Shown here in pieces: positions 26,009-39,200 of a stretch of 64,000 nt of DNA (within the stretch, counting starts at the first letter, position 1; every line of letters starts with the position of its first letter). Below the pieces are notes generated by a model that saw only the letters and a program-made list of their open reading frames with translations, searched no databases and was not told where the DNA came from. The DNA comes from Basidiobolus meristosporus CBS 931.73 (taxonomy: Eukaryota > Fungi > Basidiobolomycota). The position numbers were made by a program, and so were the translations under genes. Location of the stretch: NCBI GenBank assembly GCA_002104905.1, contig MCFE01000189.1, positions 62,001 to 126,000 of the forward strand, written 5' to 3'.

Positions 26009-26385
26009 TGTTATGATCTGCCGCTTGAATGTTTAAGTTAGATCAGTATTTAGTCAAATCAATTAGTATATGTTTAGGTTACAAGTATATCAGTATTATC
26101 TATGAAATCAGTAGCATTAGTCAGCAAATGAATCAGCAGATCCTTATCAGACAGAAATAGATATATTAAGTAGGATCTTATTGGGTGATGATGATGCAAT
26201 CAAATGAGCCATCAGCCACAACCTACATTAGGAAATACAATTAGTCAGCAATTGATCTGGGAAAATGTATATAAGGAGCTGCTGGAACGTCAATAAAAAT
26301 CAGTTCAAGTTTTAGTGAAAACAATACTAGCTAAACTCCCTATTCCTCTACAACTCTTATACTAAGACTTGTAACATTTGTAACA
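26009..26385 (+). repeat. Gypsy 3' LTR (377 bp)
   Basis: Follows the PPT; direct repeat of the 5' LTR. Confidence 0.97.
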
Positions 26386-27599
26386 CTGCATCTATGTGAG
26401 GAGTTTACAGTGGTATTTGGGCAATTATACCACAAGTATAGAGCTAAATATGCAGATCTCTGCCATTACTATGTCCATTCTTTACTCCATCTTACTTGGT
26501 ACATGGAGAATGCTGGACCCTGCTTCATTTTTTGGGGGTTTGCCATACCGCAGATATGTTGCAAGTTAGGAAGACAGGTCAAATTGCAGGTACTGCTATA
26601 TCCTAATCTTGTCAATATATTGCCTACAAGGCTCTCATGGATATGTGAGTTAACACATAGAGGACAGCCCAAAATAGTTAGCTGCTGCTGAACACAGATG
26701 TGGAGCTGGAGCCACCTTTGCATTTGGCATTAAGAAGATAAGCAGCCTCAATGTGTAGATAATCTATTCAGTAATACATGGAGGGGCCAGATGTCACTAG
26801 CAACTAATTTTTATTAGGAAAGTTCTTCCAAAGTGTGCCAGGTTTCTCTTGGGTTTAAGCCAATATCTACACCACTAAATACCAAATAAATATAATAAGA
26901 ATCAAAGCACATCTATAAAGCAACTAGAATTCAGCAGGGCATAGGAATATATTGGCTAAGTACCAGAAACAATTTCTTGCCACTCAAGAGGTATTCATGG
27001 CAAAAGTTGTGGCAATCAAGCATGAATTTCAAGAAGTATGTGTTTCTAGCAACACAGGGTATTAGGCTATCTTGCAAGTACCCACTGAAGTGCCACAGAG
27101 CAGTGGTGATGGTATTGTGAGGTCTGGTGATTCCAACTGTATATTTGCATGAATTAGTTGCTTAAAGCACCACCTACAAACTAGAGAATACTTACCTAAC
27201 TCCTTGTTTAAGTATAATTTTAACATATTTGCCAAAACATCAGATACCCAGAATATGCAATTTTGCACAATTAGCCATACAGCCCTATACTTTCCAATCT
27301 GTTCTTGGGGCTTTCCTAGGGTTGCTCTATATGCTTTTTTTGCTACAACCATGCAAAAATACTATTACAACTTTGCATACAATAAACCATAATCTGAATA
27401 TTGAATAATATGCTGGTCTTTTGGATGAGTCAAAACTAAGCAAAAATAAAATACAATTTACTGATATTATAAAAGATATATATGGGTCTTGCATACTTTT
27501 GACAGGTCCTTGACAAAACAAGCATATAGAATATGCTTAGGAAGGCCCTAAGAGCATAACATACCAAGTTTGGGGCTGTTTGGACAAATTTGACAAATT

Positions 27600-28536
27600 C
27601 CAGTTCTGTGAACCTGATGTCTTGGAAAATATGTATGTATCAATTTATCTGTGTAGCCAATGTACTCCCTATAGCTCCACCTATGAATTGCTGTCCAATA
27701 GCTATGTTTCTGAATAAAAGATATCCATATGTGTATCATGCATATTATATAATGGATACTGTCTGATGATCTTGAATAGTCATGTCCATTGTAGCTCAAA
27801 CCTCTTCTCAGTGCTGCTACTTAGCAATACAATGCTCCAAGCTCTCAAAGCCTCTGGTGAAGTAGTCATATCAAGTCTCCACTTCTTTGTTTTGGGACTT
27901 CAGAGATTTTGGTCTGTGCCTCCAGATACTGTGGTGGTGCAGAGTTACTTCTGGGAGAGGCTACACAACTCCAGGTGTGTGTGGTGTTGGATAAGTGTAG
28001 CAACCTTTGGGTTTAAACTGCTGGAGTCTTTGTCAATATGTCCCTATGATAGAGGCACCTGCCTCTCTAGCTTAAGAAGTGCTCCAAGTGTCTCAAAAGG
28101 CCTCTGCATGTCTTTAGTGCCACCCTGAAAAGCTCCTTGATGGCAGGTCCAAGGTGTGACTGTGGAAAGTAGGTACAGTGATCAACTGCTAATCTATAAG
28201 GGGAAAATATTACTGATAAAAGGGATAATATAATGATGAGGGATTGACTACCTTAAAATACTTTTCCTGACTTTGAAGTGATTACCAATGACAAGGTTTT
28301 ATAAGGTTCCAGGCATTGGTAAATTTCTTGATGACATTACTACAAGCTAAAAATACTCCATGAAGATCATGGAAGGTTCTGAAAGGCCCAGCTCATCCAA
28401 TTAATCAGGGTCCAGTAGTCTGGGACCTGTGCAACAAAGAGATAACATATATGATATTGAAATGGTAGAGGTGGTGATGCAGACCTAGGGTATGCACCTC
28501 AGATGCTGATGCAGGTACTTGCCTAATGTATATACA
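27600..28536 (-). mobile_element. Third-family LTR (~27930-28536) joined to a Gypsy integrase C-terminal remnant
   Basis: LTR homologous to 9928-10795. Adjacent minus-strand DNA reads EKRFELQWT*LFKIIRQYP, compared with [18 protein letters not shown] in the intact Gypsy. Confidence 0.6.
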
Positions 28537-28559
28537 TCTGGTGATCACAAAGCTGAATG

Positions 28560-31040
28560 ACATTTGTGATAAATAATGTTGATAACAAACCAGGGTAAAT
28601 GTGATATGGGTATAAAACTGGCAAAGTTGTCAGTGAGTTTTGGCAGTGTGTGATATCCTGGAACTGTTGGTTCTCATGCACACACTAAGAAAAATGGCAA
28701 TTGTTGGGTAGTGTTACACAGCCCAACTCTGCAGGCAAACAATGCTTGCTCAATAAACTTGACCCATCTACTTACAGCTCCATTTGCATACTTGGTCAGC
28801 ATCTTCCAAGAATTCCCTCAAACTTCTTGGTGACTCCATTAGTTGTAGGTTTATATGCTGAGGTTTTTAAGTATATTCAGATCTGCCCAAACTACATGTT
28901 CTGGTTGTAGCTCTGCAGACACTGACAATTGCCTACTTGCCTGAGAGCCTGAGTAGTCCACAATATTACCTTTAGTGGGTACACTGTCACTATGGTCTTT
29001 TTGGATGCAGCCACACTTGTTGAACTGAGTGTCAAAGCCTTCTGAAAACTCTTATGAAGTGATAGCTCCAAAGCAGAAGGCTCTGTGATAGATTGTGAGC
29101 CTACCTCACCTCACAACAGTACCCTGCATAGACCCAGTAACAACAATATTTGATGAGATAACACATGTTGAAAAAAGTGCAAAGGATAGTTTATGGAGCC
29201 AAGTAAACACAAGATTCATCTACTAGTGATTGATGCAATGATGCGGCTAGAAAAGTGGTATGCTTCCACCAGTATCAGTAATGGAAGCTTGTAGGATGTA
29301 TTATTTCTTTTTGCAAAAGAATCCTGGGATGCTACTAACACTCTATCTAATGATGGTCTTGCTGCTATTAGGGCCCAAATCCTTGTTTGACCTGAATACC
29401 TACCTGTATCTAGTGCTAGATAATTTTATATGCTTTCTGGTGGGAGACCAATAAATGGAAATCATGTGAAAGTGCTTATTGTTATGTACAATAGATATAC
29501 CCCAGCCCTCAACAAAGTAGCCAGCTTTTCTTTGCTCAGTAGATGCTATTGCTGCCACATTTGTGAGATTCAGGGGATATATTCCATATTTCACATATAT
29601 GATTATTATCTAAATACTAGCACTCACCATATCATTTTGTCACCAAGAGAGCGGACAGAAGTAAGCTTACAGTTGCAGCAAAGTTGGCCAGCTACAAATC
29701 ATTGGCCAAAGCATGAAACTAATTGGAAACTAGAAACAAAAGGATAAAAGGAATCAATTGGATCAAAAGCTTATCACTGCAGCAATGCATTTGCTCCTCA
29801 ATAATATCCCATAGTAAAGACCAAGTGATACGTAGGCCATTTCAAACTAAATGTACCCTTTGAGATACTGCAGAAATCTTAAGGAATTGACATGATTTTA
29901 CAGAGCATCTGCTTTGCAAAGTGCTTCACACATTTTCCAATCAATATTTATATGTATTTGCACTTATATGAATGCAAGGACTGGATGAACTGGCTATTAA
30001 TCTATTCAGGTGGCCCTTTGAAGCTATATCTATCAGGAGTGCATTGGAAGTATTGAGAGTGTTATGTTGACATGATTGGAATATTTATCCAGGAGTAGAT
30101 CTCCAATCCAAACTTGATGCATCTGCAGCTTTTATGCATGGAGTTTGTAACAGGATTTGAGGTGCTATACTACAAGCATACAGCAGATTGCATGATCACT
30201 GCTGCTACTGCATCCATTCTCTACTCCATCTTGCTGGTGTTCACAATATGTTAGGCCTAACCTCATCAGTTAGGAGCTTCCTGTGGAGTGATAGATGCTA
30301 AGTTAAGTTGCAGGTACTCTCATAACTCAATATCATCAAGAATAAAGCTTTCAAGTCCATTGTGGATATAACAAGTTGACACATGGAAAATAGTTATGAA
30401 GAGTTCAAAATACTGAGTACAGATGTGCTCATAGAGGCACCTATACCGTTGGCATAAGGAAGCTAAGCAGCCCCAAAATGCAGGTAATCAGATGAGTAAT
30501 GCAAGGTGGGCTGGACACATTAAGTATCTGATTTCATAAGGACAACTCTACCAAAGTATACTGCCTTTCACCTGGTAACAAGTCAATTTCTATGCCAATT
30601 AATATGGATTTCACACAAACAAGACCCTCAGTACATCTAGCAGTGGACTAGAGCTCAGCAGGGAAAAGTAATACCTTGGCTAAGTACTAAAATTTCTTTT
30701 GCAGATATTCAGAGGTATCCATGTACAAAAATGTTTGCAATCAAGCATATGCTTGCCAGATGCATGTATTACCAGCAACACAAGGTATATAGCAATCTTG
30801 CAAGTTTTATACTGATAAGCAGTATAGATGAGGTGATACAAGTGTGCAAGTTGCATTGGATGAGTCTATGTAGAGGCTAGAAGGCAGGAGGCTATATTGA
30901 TCTTTACTGCAGAAGAAATATGATAGGATCATAGATCTAAGAAAAGGTAGCAAATTCCAAGCTTTAAATGACCATTACAATGACTCAGACTAGTCCAGAA
31001 TTGCTAAGTGAGCTTTTGGCTACTTATTAATGCAAATAGT
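28560..31040 (+). mobile_element. Tnp2-clan transposon copy 4 (ORF2 remnant on minus strand ~28560-29045; transposase on plus strand ~29080-30990)
   Basis: Colinear with 6690-9400, with a CCHICEIQG motif. Its 3' tail (30920-31040) is homologous to the DNA just inside the TIR at 20905-21020. Confidence 0.8.
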
Positions 31041-31256
31041 CCAATATTTAAGCAATCCAAATATTGTCAAGTTTTTAGCTGTGTTTACCAGTAGAATCAA
31101 GATACCATCACAACCCAACCATAAGATTATGCAGACTCTGAGGCTGCTACATAGAGCTGAAACCTGTCTGTAAGGCAATTCAGGATAGTAAATATCACAT
31201 CTATTTAGGTGGTTAATATACCCACAGATTCCATCCCATCAACAAATAAAATAACC

Positions 31257-31990
31257 TAAGATGATTTACTGGTTAAATGTTTAGGTTAGATCAGTTATTA
31301 GTCAAAGCAATTAGTTTTATGTTTAACCTATCAGTTTATCAGTGTTATCTATCAAATCAGTAGTATCAGTCAGCATATGCATTTGCAGATCCTTATCAGA
31401 CAGAAATAAATATATGAGTTGGATCTAATTTGGTGATGATGATGCAATTGAATGAGTCATCAGCCCTAACCTACATTAGGAATTACAGATAGTCAGCAAC
31501 CAACCTGGCCAAATGTATATTAGGAGCTGCTGGAACCTTGATAAACATCAGTTCAAGTTTAAGTGAATACAATACTAGCTAAACTCCTAATTCCTCTACT
31601 GCTCATATATCAAGACTTGTAACATTGGTAGTAGCAGTAACTTGAAGCCTCCCTCAAGATGTCAGAAAATTAAGAATGGAAGAATGCTATGCAGCAAATT
31701 TTGCCCAAACAGCAACTGTTATGCCAGATCCTCAGCCAGCAGCATCAAGAAATGACTACCATGGCCCAGAACCAGCAAAGCCCTGTCAAGAGCAACTTTA
31801 GTGTGGGGTAATACTATTAATATGGGCACAATAGAATGGGATAATACCAATGAGATAAAGTATGGATAAGTGCATCATAATAGCCATATAGATAAATCTG
31901 TGTGTGGGAGGTATGTTGACCCTACCATACCTGTGCTATGGTAAAGTCAATGAAGACCTGGGAACTTGGCTCTTTCAAATTGAAGAAACT
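31257..31990 (+). mobile_element. Diverged relative of the Gypsy element: 5' LTR (~31257-31624), PBS and start of gag, truncated
   Basis: Colinear with 21431-22100, with ttggtagtagc after tgtaaca and a ~120-bp insertion in gag. Confidence 0.88.
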
Positions 31991-33273
31991 TTTATGGCTA
32001 AAGGAACTGCCCCAGAAAGCAAATTACCTTATGCAGATTTTTTTTCTGATTGTTTGAGTACCCATAGAGATTTTTAAGCTTGCAGACCAAATAGAGGTTA
32101 TCTTGGTCCACAAACCCATCAGGCTGGTCCATATACATGTCCTCATCAAGTTCTTTGTTCAAAAGTGCAGTTTTTATATCCATTTGATGAATAAAAACTT
32201 ATATTTGGCTGCAATAGTCAACAGAAATCTGAGGAATTAAACTTAGCTACCACTGCAAAGGTCTCAGTATAGTCAAGTCCTTTTGTTTGAGAGTATCCTT
32301 TGGCCACAAGTCTTGCTTTGTATCTTTCAATTGTACCATTGGCCTTGTATTTTGTCTTAAAGACCCATGTGCATCCAATTGATTTTTGGTTAATTGGTAA
32401 TTTGACCAAGTCCAAAGTTTATTTTTCCATTAGGGCCTGATATTCCTCAGTAATTGCATATCTCCAAAACTTTGTCTAAGGGCTATATATGACCATCTTT
32501 GCAGTCTGGGGCTCATCATTATGGACAGAATAGGCATAGGCTAAGTTTGTACCCTCATTGATTTAGTAGTTTGGGCAATTTCTTGTCTGATTGGATCTCC
32601 AGGCATTTGATACTGGAATGATTACTTCTGTGATATTCCAGGGTACTGATTCTGGTGGAACCACAGTTTTAGAGTCCTCTGGAGTGAAAAAGTTCTCATT
32701 GTTTTGCTCTAATTCAATTCTGACTCTTGGTGGACTTGAGATCAAATTTTTGTCATCATCTGATGTCATTTTTTGTGAAAATTCTGCATTTACATCAATT
32801 AACAAATTGCTGGACATGAATAACTTCTTTGCTATGGTGTTGCTTAGGCTGTATGCCTAACTCTTGTTGCAGTAGCCCCAAAGTTTATATTTTACACTTT
32901 TTGGCTCAAATTTTGACTAACTTCTGGGCAGTTTCTTGGCATATGCTGTAAACCCAAGTCTTCTTAGATGTTCTGTACTTGGTCTGTATCCATACCATGC
33001 TTCAAATGGAGTGGAATCACATATTACTCTGTCATGACTCCTGTTTTTAAGGTATACAGTTGTGGCAACTGATTCCATCTAAAGATCATAGGATAATTTT
33101 TAATCATAAATCATAGATCTTGCCATAACAATTATTGATCTGTTAGCACGTTCTACTACTCCATTTTGCTGCAGGAAGTATGATACAGTAGTCTCTTGCT
33201 TTACCCCATGAATTTTGTAGAAGTGGATGAAGAGCTTGAGGTATATTTTTCACCATTGTCAGAGCATGTTTTC
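31991..33273 (-). mobile_element. Copia integrase-RT fragment
   Basis: Contains [12 protein letters not shown] and MDIKTALL. Cut at 33273 by the LTR of the next Copia. Confidence 0.88.
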
Positions 33274-36200
33274 TGTTGTAAGAGTCTTGGAGATATTGGA
33301 AGTGATTGAGAGAACACGTAGATTATGTAGTTTTCACTTAATGATTAATTGAATGTAAAAGTAGTATTTATACTCTTACATGGTATTGGCATAACAAACA
33401 CATAGAATAGGTCAAGAAAGGTCCCAAGAACATGTGTGCAAAGTTTGGGGCTGTTTGGACAACTTGAGAATTTCATGTTCTGGGTACTTGGTATTTTGGT
33501 GAAAATATTCTAAGTAAATCCCAACAAGGAGTTTGGTCAGTATTCACTAGGATTAGAGGATAATAATCTAAGTGACTAATTTAGGTGAGTATTTAGGTGG
33601 AATTACAAATTTTTTGCAACACTCCCACTCAGCTAAATGTTCATACTGACTAGTCCTAATTTTGACCTAAGATATTCAAATTTGTCTCTAGCTAATGGTT
33701 TGGTAAATATATCTGCAATCATTCCATCTGAAGGGCAGTAGACTAAGCTAACTAAGTTATTCTTTATAGCTTCACATATGAAATGATGTCTAATATCTAT
33801 GTGCTTAGCTCTAGTATGAAAAGTTGGATTTCTACCTGATTTTATACATCCTTGATTTTCTTGAAATAAAGTAATAGGAATTTTTTGACATAGGCCTAAA
33901 TCTGTAAAAAGCTTTCTTAGCCATATTGCTTCTTTTTTAGCTTCACATGCAGTCATATGCTCTGCCTCTGTGGTAGAAAGTGCAATGGTTGGTTGCTTTC
34001 TTGAATTCCATGAAATTGCTCCTTTACAGTACAGAAAGGTGTATCCTGTGGTGGATCTTCTGTCTTCTAAATTTTGTCCCCAATCAGCATCAGAGTATCC
34101 CACAAGATCTTGTTCTGAATCCTTATAAGTGTATCTTAAGCAGATATCCGCAGTTCCTTTGAAATGTCTAAAAATCCTTGTAACTGCTGTAATATGATCA
34201 GATCCATAGTTCTAATTATGTTGGCTGAAAATTCCTACTGAATGTGAGATATCTGGACATTTTCCAAGCATGATATACATCAGACTGCCAATCATAGAAT
34301 GATAAGGAAATTCAGGGCTTTCAGATGGCACTAAGCTCTCTTGATTTGGTTGAGTTTTGACCAAGTTAAGGTTTGTCTCCATTGGGGTAGCTGCTGGTTT
34401 ACAGTCTTCCATTTGGTACTTCTTTAGTATATCTTGAATATACTTGGACTGGCTTAGGGTGATAGTCTGGGTACTTCTGTCTATGTAGAACATGGACCCT
34501 AAGTAGTAACTGAGTTCTCCTAGATTGGACATCTTGAACTCCTTAGATAAGCTGGATTTAGCCTCTTCCAATGTTTCTAGGTTATTGGCATCTATAATAA
34601 GATCATCCACATAGAGAGCTAATAGAACTGGATTTGCTCTATCTGGCTTGCAGTATATATTATAGTCAGCATTACTCCTTTTGAAACTCAAAGATTCTAA
34701 ATAAGAATCTATCTTGCAATTCCAGGCTCTTGGGGATTGTTTGAGACCATAGAGTGACATTTTAAGTTTGCAGACCAAATGGGGGTTATCTTGGTCAGCA
34801 AGCGCATCAGGCTGGTCCATATGCACATCCTCATCAAGTTTTCCATTCAAAAATGCAGTTTTTATCTCCATTTAATTAATAAAAAACTTATATTTGGCTG
34901 CAATAGCCAATAGCAATCTGATGGAATTATAGTTGGCTACCAGTGCAAAGGTCTCAGCATAGTCAAGTCCTTTTGCTTGGGAGTTTTCATTGGCCACAAG
35001 TCTTGCTTTGTTTCTTTCAATTGTACCATTGGCCTTATATTTTGTCTGGAAGACCCATCTGGATCCAATTGATTTTTGGTTGATTGGTAATTTAACTAAG
35101 TCCCAGGTTTGATTTTCCATCAGGGCCTGATATTGCTCATTCATTAAATATCTCCAAAACTTTGTCTGAGGGCTATTAAGGGTCAATTTTGCAGCCTGGG
35201 GCTCATCAATATGGACTGAATAGGGATAGGCTAAGTTTGTACCCTCATTGATATGGTAATTTGGGCTATTTCTTGTCTGATTGAATTTCAGGGCATTTGA
35301 TACTGGAATGATCACTTCTGGGATATTCCTGGGCACTGATTTTGGATGAACCATGGTTGTAGAGTCCTCTGGAGTAAAAAATTACATTTTTTGCTCAGAT
35401 TCAATCCTGACAATTGGTGGACTTGAGATCAGATTTTTGTCATCATCTGATGTCATTTTTTGTGAAAATTTTAAATTTTCATCAAACAACGCATCATTAG
35501 ACTTGATTAGCTTCTTTGCATCAGTATTGTAGAGTCTGTATGCTTTACTCTTATTGCAGTAGCCTAAAAATATGCATTTTATACTTTTTGGCTTAAATTT
35601 TGACTGATTTCCAGGCACTCTCCTGGCATATGCTGTACACCCACATATTATTAGATGTTCTGCACTTGATGTGTATCCATACCATGCTTCAAATGGAGTA
35701 GAACCACAAAGCATTCTGTTATAACTCTTATTCTTAAGATATATTGCAGTAGCAACTGATTCTGCCCAAAAATCATAGGATAATTTTTGATCATGGATCA
35801 TAGATCTTGCCATATCAATTATTGATCTGTTAGCACATTCTGCTACTCAATTTTGCTGTGCAGGGTATGGTATAGTAGTCTCTTGCTTTATCCCATGAAT
35901 TTTGCAGAAGTGGATGAAGAGTTTTGAGCTATATTCTCCACCATTGTCAGAGCATATTTTCTTCATTTTTTCACCAGTTTCTCTCTCAACCATGGCTTTA
36001 AGCTCCCTGAACTTAGACAGAGCTTCTTCCTTTCTCTCCATGAAGAAGACCCATGTGTATCTTGTAAAATCATCAATAAAGATGATTAAATACTTCATCC
36101 CACCTAAGGATAGACTTTGCAAAGGTCCACAGAGATCTGAGTGAATTAGATCTAATTTTTTCTTAGTTTTGATCAACCCAAAGCTCTTAAACGGTTGTCT

Positions 36201-39200
36201 GGCTTGTTTCCCATCTATGCAGGCTTCACAGTGCTCCAAATTAGCTGGGATTAATTTTTACTCCAGAAGTTAGCTGATCTTTGATCATTTTGCCCAAATC
36301 ATCAAATTTGATGTCCCCAAATCTCCTGTGCCAAAGCGTTGGTGTTTTTTCATTTAATTTACTTATACTGGCTTCCAAATATGATGGAATATAAGTCAAC
36401 TTGTATAGATTCTGATGTCTGATACCCAAAGCAATATGGGCACCATTTTGATCAGTGATTATGCATCCAAAATTGTCAAAGTTGAAACTGAGACCTTCTG
36501 CAGTGGTCATGCTTACAGATAGTAGGTTCTTGGCTATTTCTGGTACATAGAGTACTTCATTAAAGGTCAGTGTATGGCTTCCTTCACTGCTTCTTAGGTT
36601 TACTTTAATAGTTCCTTCTCCCACTGCTTCAAGTGTTCTATCTGTAGTAAAAATTTGTAATTCCACCCAAATATTCACCTAACTTAGTCACTTAGATCAC
36701 TACCTTCAAATCCTAGAGAATACTGACCAAATTCCTTGTTGGGATTTACTTAGAATATTTTCACCAAAGTACCAGGTACCCATAACATGAAAACTCTGAA
36801 AGTTGTCTAAGCAGCCCCAAACTTTGTGCACATGCTCTTGGGACCTTCCCAAACCTGCTCTACATGTTTGTTATGCCAGGACTATGTAAAAGTATAAACA
36901 CTACATTTATATTCAATACATCATTAAGTGAAAACCACATAACCCACTTGTTCTCACAATCACTTCCAATATCTCCAAGACTCTTACAACAGACTATGAG
37001 TCCCAAGCTGTCACTCTCTGCAATGTTTACTACTGCTATTAATGGAATCTTCCCTCTGCTGAAAAGCTGGATGGATCTAACTACCAAGTGTGGAAGGTGA
37101 AGATGAAGATGCTGCTACAAGAAAGAGGCCTTTAGGATATTTTCATGGGAGAAGAATGCCCTCCTAAAAACATGGGAGAGGAAGCCTTAAAGTACCAGAA
37201 GAAAGAACAAAGTGCCTTTAACTACATATGCCTTAATGTTAAGGACAAATTGCTAATTCAATGCTCAAGAGCAAAAACAGTAAATAATGCCTGGAAGGCA
37301 TTAGAAGACACCTACCAGTCATGTTAAGCTTCTAAGAAAATGTATCTGAGACAAAAATTCTTTATTACAAAGATGCAGCCAGGAGGAGAAATGAAAAATC
37401 TAGTTAACGGAATTACCCTGCTGGTAGATGAAATGGAATCTGTGGGCATACCAACTACTGATGAGGATGTGATAGTTACCATCCTGAATAGCCTAATAGA
37501 CAAGTTTCAGGTCCTTGTATCAATCCTAGAGTCCAAAACTGAAGATTTGACCTTAATTTATGTATATGGAAGGCTCCTGGATGAAGAATTAAGAAAATCA
37601 AGCGCCAATAAGAAGGAAGGAGAAAATGCTTTAATCAGCAATGATAACCAACAAAGGAGGTACCCAAGATCCTACAAAGGCAACAGCAATCTGTGTTGTA
37701 AATACAGCAAAAGGAAAGGACAAACATCACACCGGTGCTTCAAAAAGAAAGACAATCAGCAAAAGAAGTCTGAAAGTGGAAATGCGGCAACAACTGAAGA
37801 TAGACTATTCATATCTGCACTAAATATGCCACAAACAAGGATTCTCAGACGTGGTATATTGACTCTGGAGTATCTCAACACTTTACACACCAAAAATAAC
37901 TTTTTACCCAATACCAATAAATTCCAATTAAGAAGGTTTTCATGGGTGACAATAGAACACTTGAAGCAGTGGGAGAAGGAACTATCCAAGTAAACCTAAG
38001 AAGCAGTGAAGGAAGCCATACACTGACCTTTAAAGAAGTACTCTATGTACCAGAAATAGCCAAGAATCTACTATCTGTAAGCAAGGCCACTGCAGAATGA
38101 CTCAGTTTCAGCTTTGACAATTCTGGATGCATGATCACTGATCAAAATGGTGCCCATATTGCTTTGGGTATCAGACATCAGAATCTATACAAGTTGACTT
38201 ATATTCCATCATATTTGGAAGCCAATAGAAGTAACTTAAATGAAGAAACACCAATGCTTTGGCACAGGAGATTTGGGCACATCAATTTTGATTATTCGGG
38301 CAAAATGATCAAAGATCAGCTAATTTCTGGAGTAAAATTGATCCCCCAGCTAATTTGGAGTACTGTGAAGCCTGCATATATGGAAAGCAAGCCAGACAAC
38401 CATTTAAGAGCTCTAGGTTGATCAAAACTAAGAAAAAATTAGATCTAATTCACTTAGATCTGTGTGGACCTATGCAAAATTTATCCTTAGGTGGGATGAA
38501 GTATTTAATCACCTTTATTGATGATTTTACAAGATACACATGGGTCTACTTCATGGGGAGAAAGGAAGAAGATCTGTCTAAGTTCAGGGAGCTTAAAGCC
38601 ATGGTTGAGAGAGAAACTGGTGAAAAAATCAAGAAAATATGCTCTGACAATGGTGGAGAATATATCTCAAAACTCTTCATCCACTTCTGCACAATTCATG
38701 GGATAAAGCAAGAGACTACTGTACCATACTCTGCACAGCAATATGAAGTAGCAGAATCTTCTAACAGATCAATAATTGATATGGCAAGATCTATGATCCA
38801 TGATCAAAAATTATTCTATGATTTTTGGGTGGAACCAGTTGCCACAACTGTATATCTCAAAAATAAGAGTTATAACAGAATACTTTATGGTTCTACTCCA
38901 TTTGAAGCATGGTATGGATACAGACCAAGTGCAGAACATCTAAGAACATGTGGGTGTACAACATATGCCAAGTAACTGCCCAAAATCAGTCAAAATTCAA
39001 GCCAAAAAGTATAAATTGCATATTTTTGGGCTACTGCAATGCAAGTAAATCATACAGACTCTACACCACCAAAGCAAAGAAGCTAGTCAAGTCCAGGGAT
39101 GTGTTTTTTGATGAAAACCTAAAATATTCATAAAAAATGACATCAGATTTGATGAAAATCTGATCTCAAGTCCACCAATTGTCAGGATTGAATCAGAGCA

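Larger units (their letters stand above)
21431..26385 (+). mobile_element. Structurally complete Ty3/Gypsy LTR retrotransposon (4955 bp)
   Basis: LTRs 21431-21806 and 26009-26385 (TGTT...TAACA, ~98% identical). PBS tggtagcagc at 21808-21817, PPT aggggagaa at 26000-26008, 4-bp TSD CTGC/CTGC, and a single long ORF. Confidence 0.98.
21130..27210 (+). mobile_element. Tnp2-clan transposase copy 3 (21130-21430 and 26386-27210), split by the Gypsy insertion
   Basis: The rejoined empty site catctgctgcatctatg aligns with the uninterrupted paralogue catctgcagcttttatg at ~30120-30136. Confidence 0.8.
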
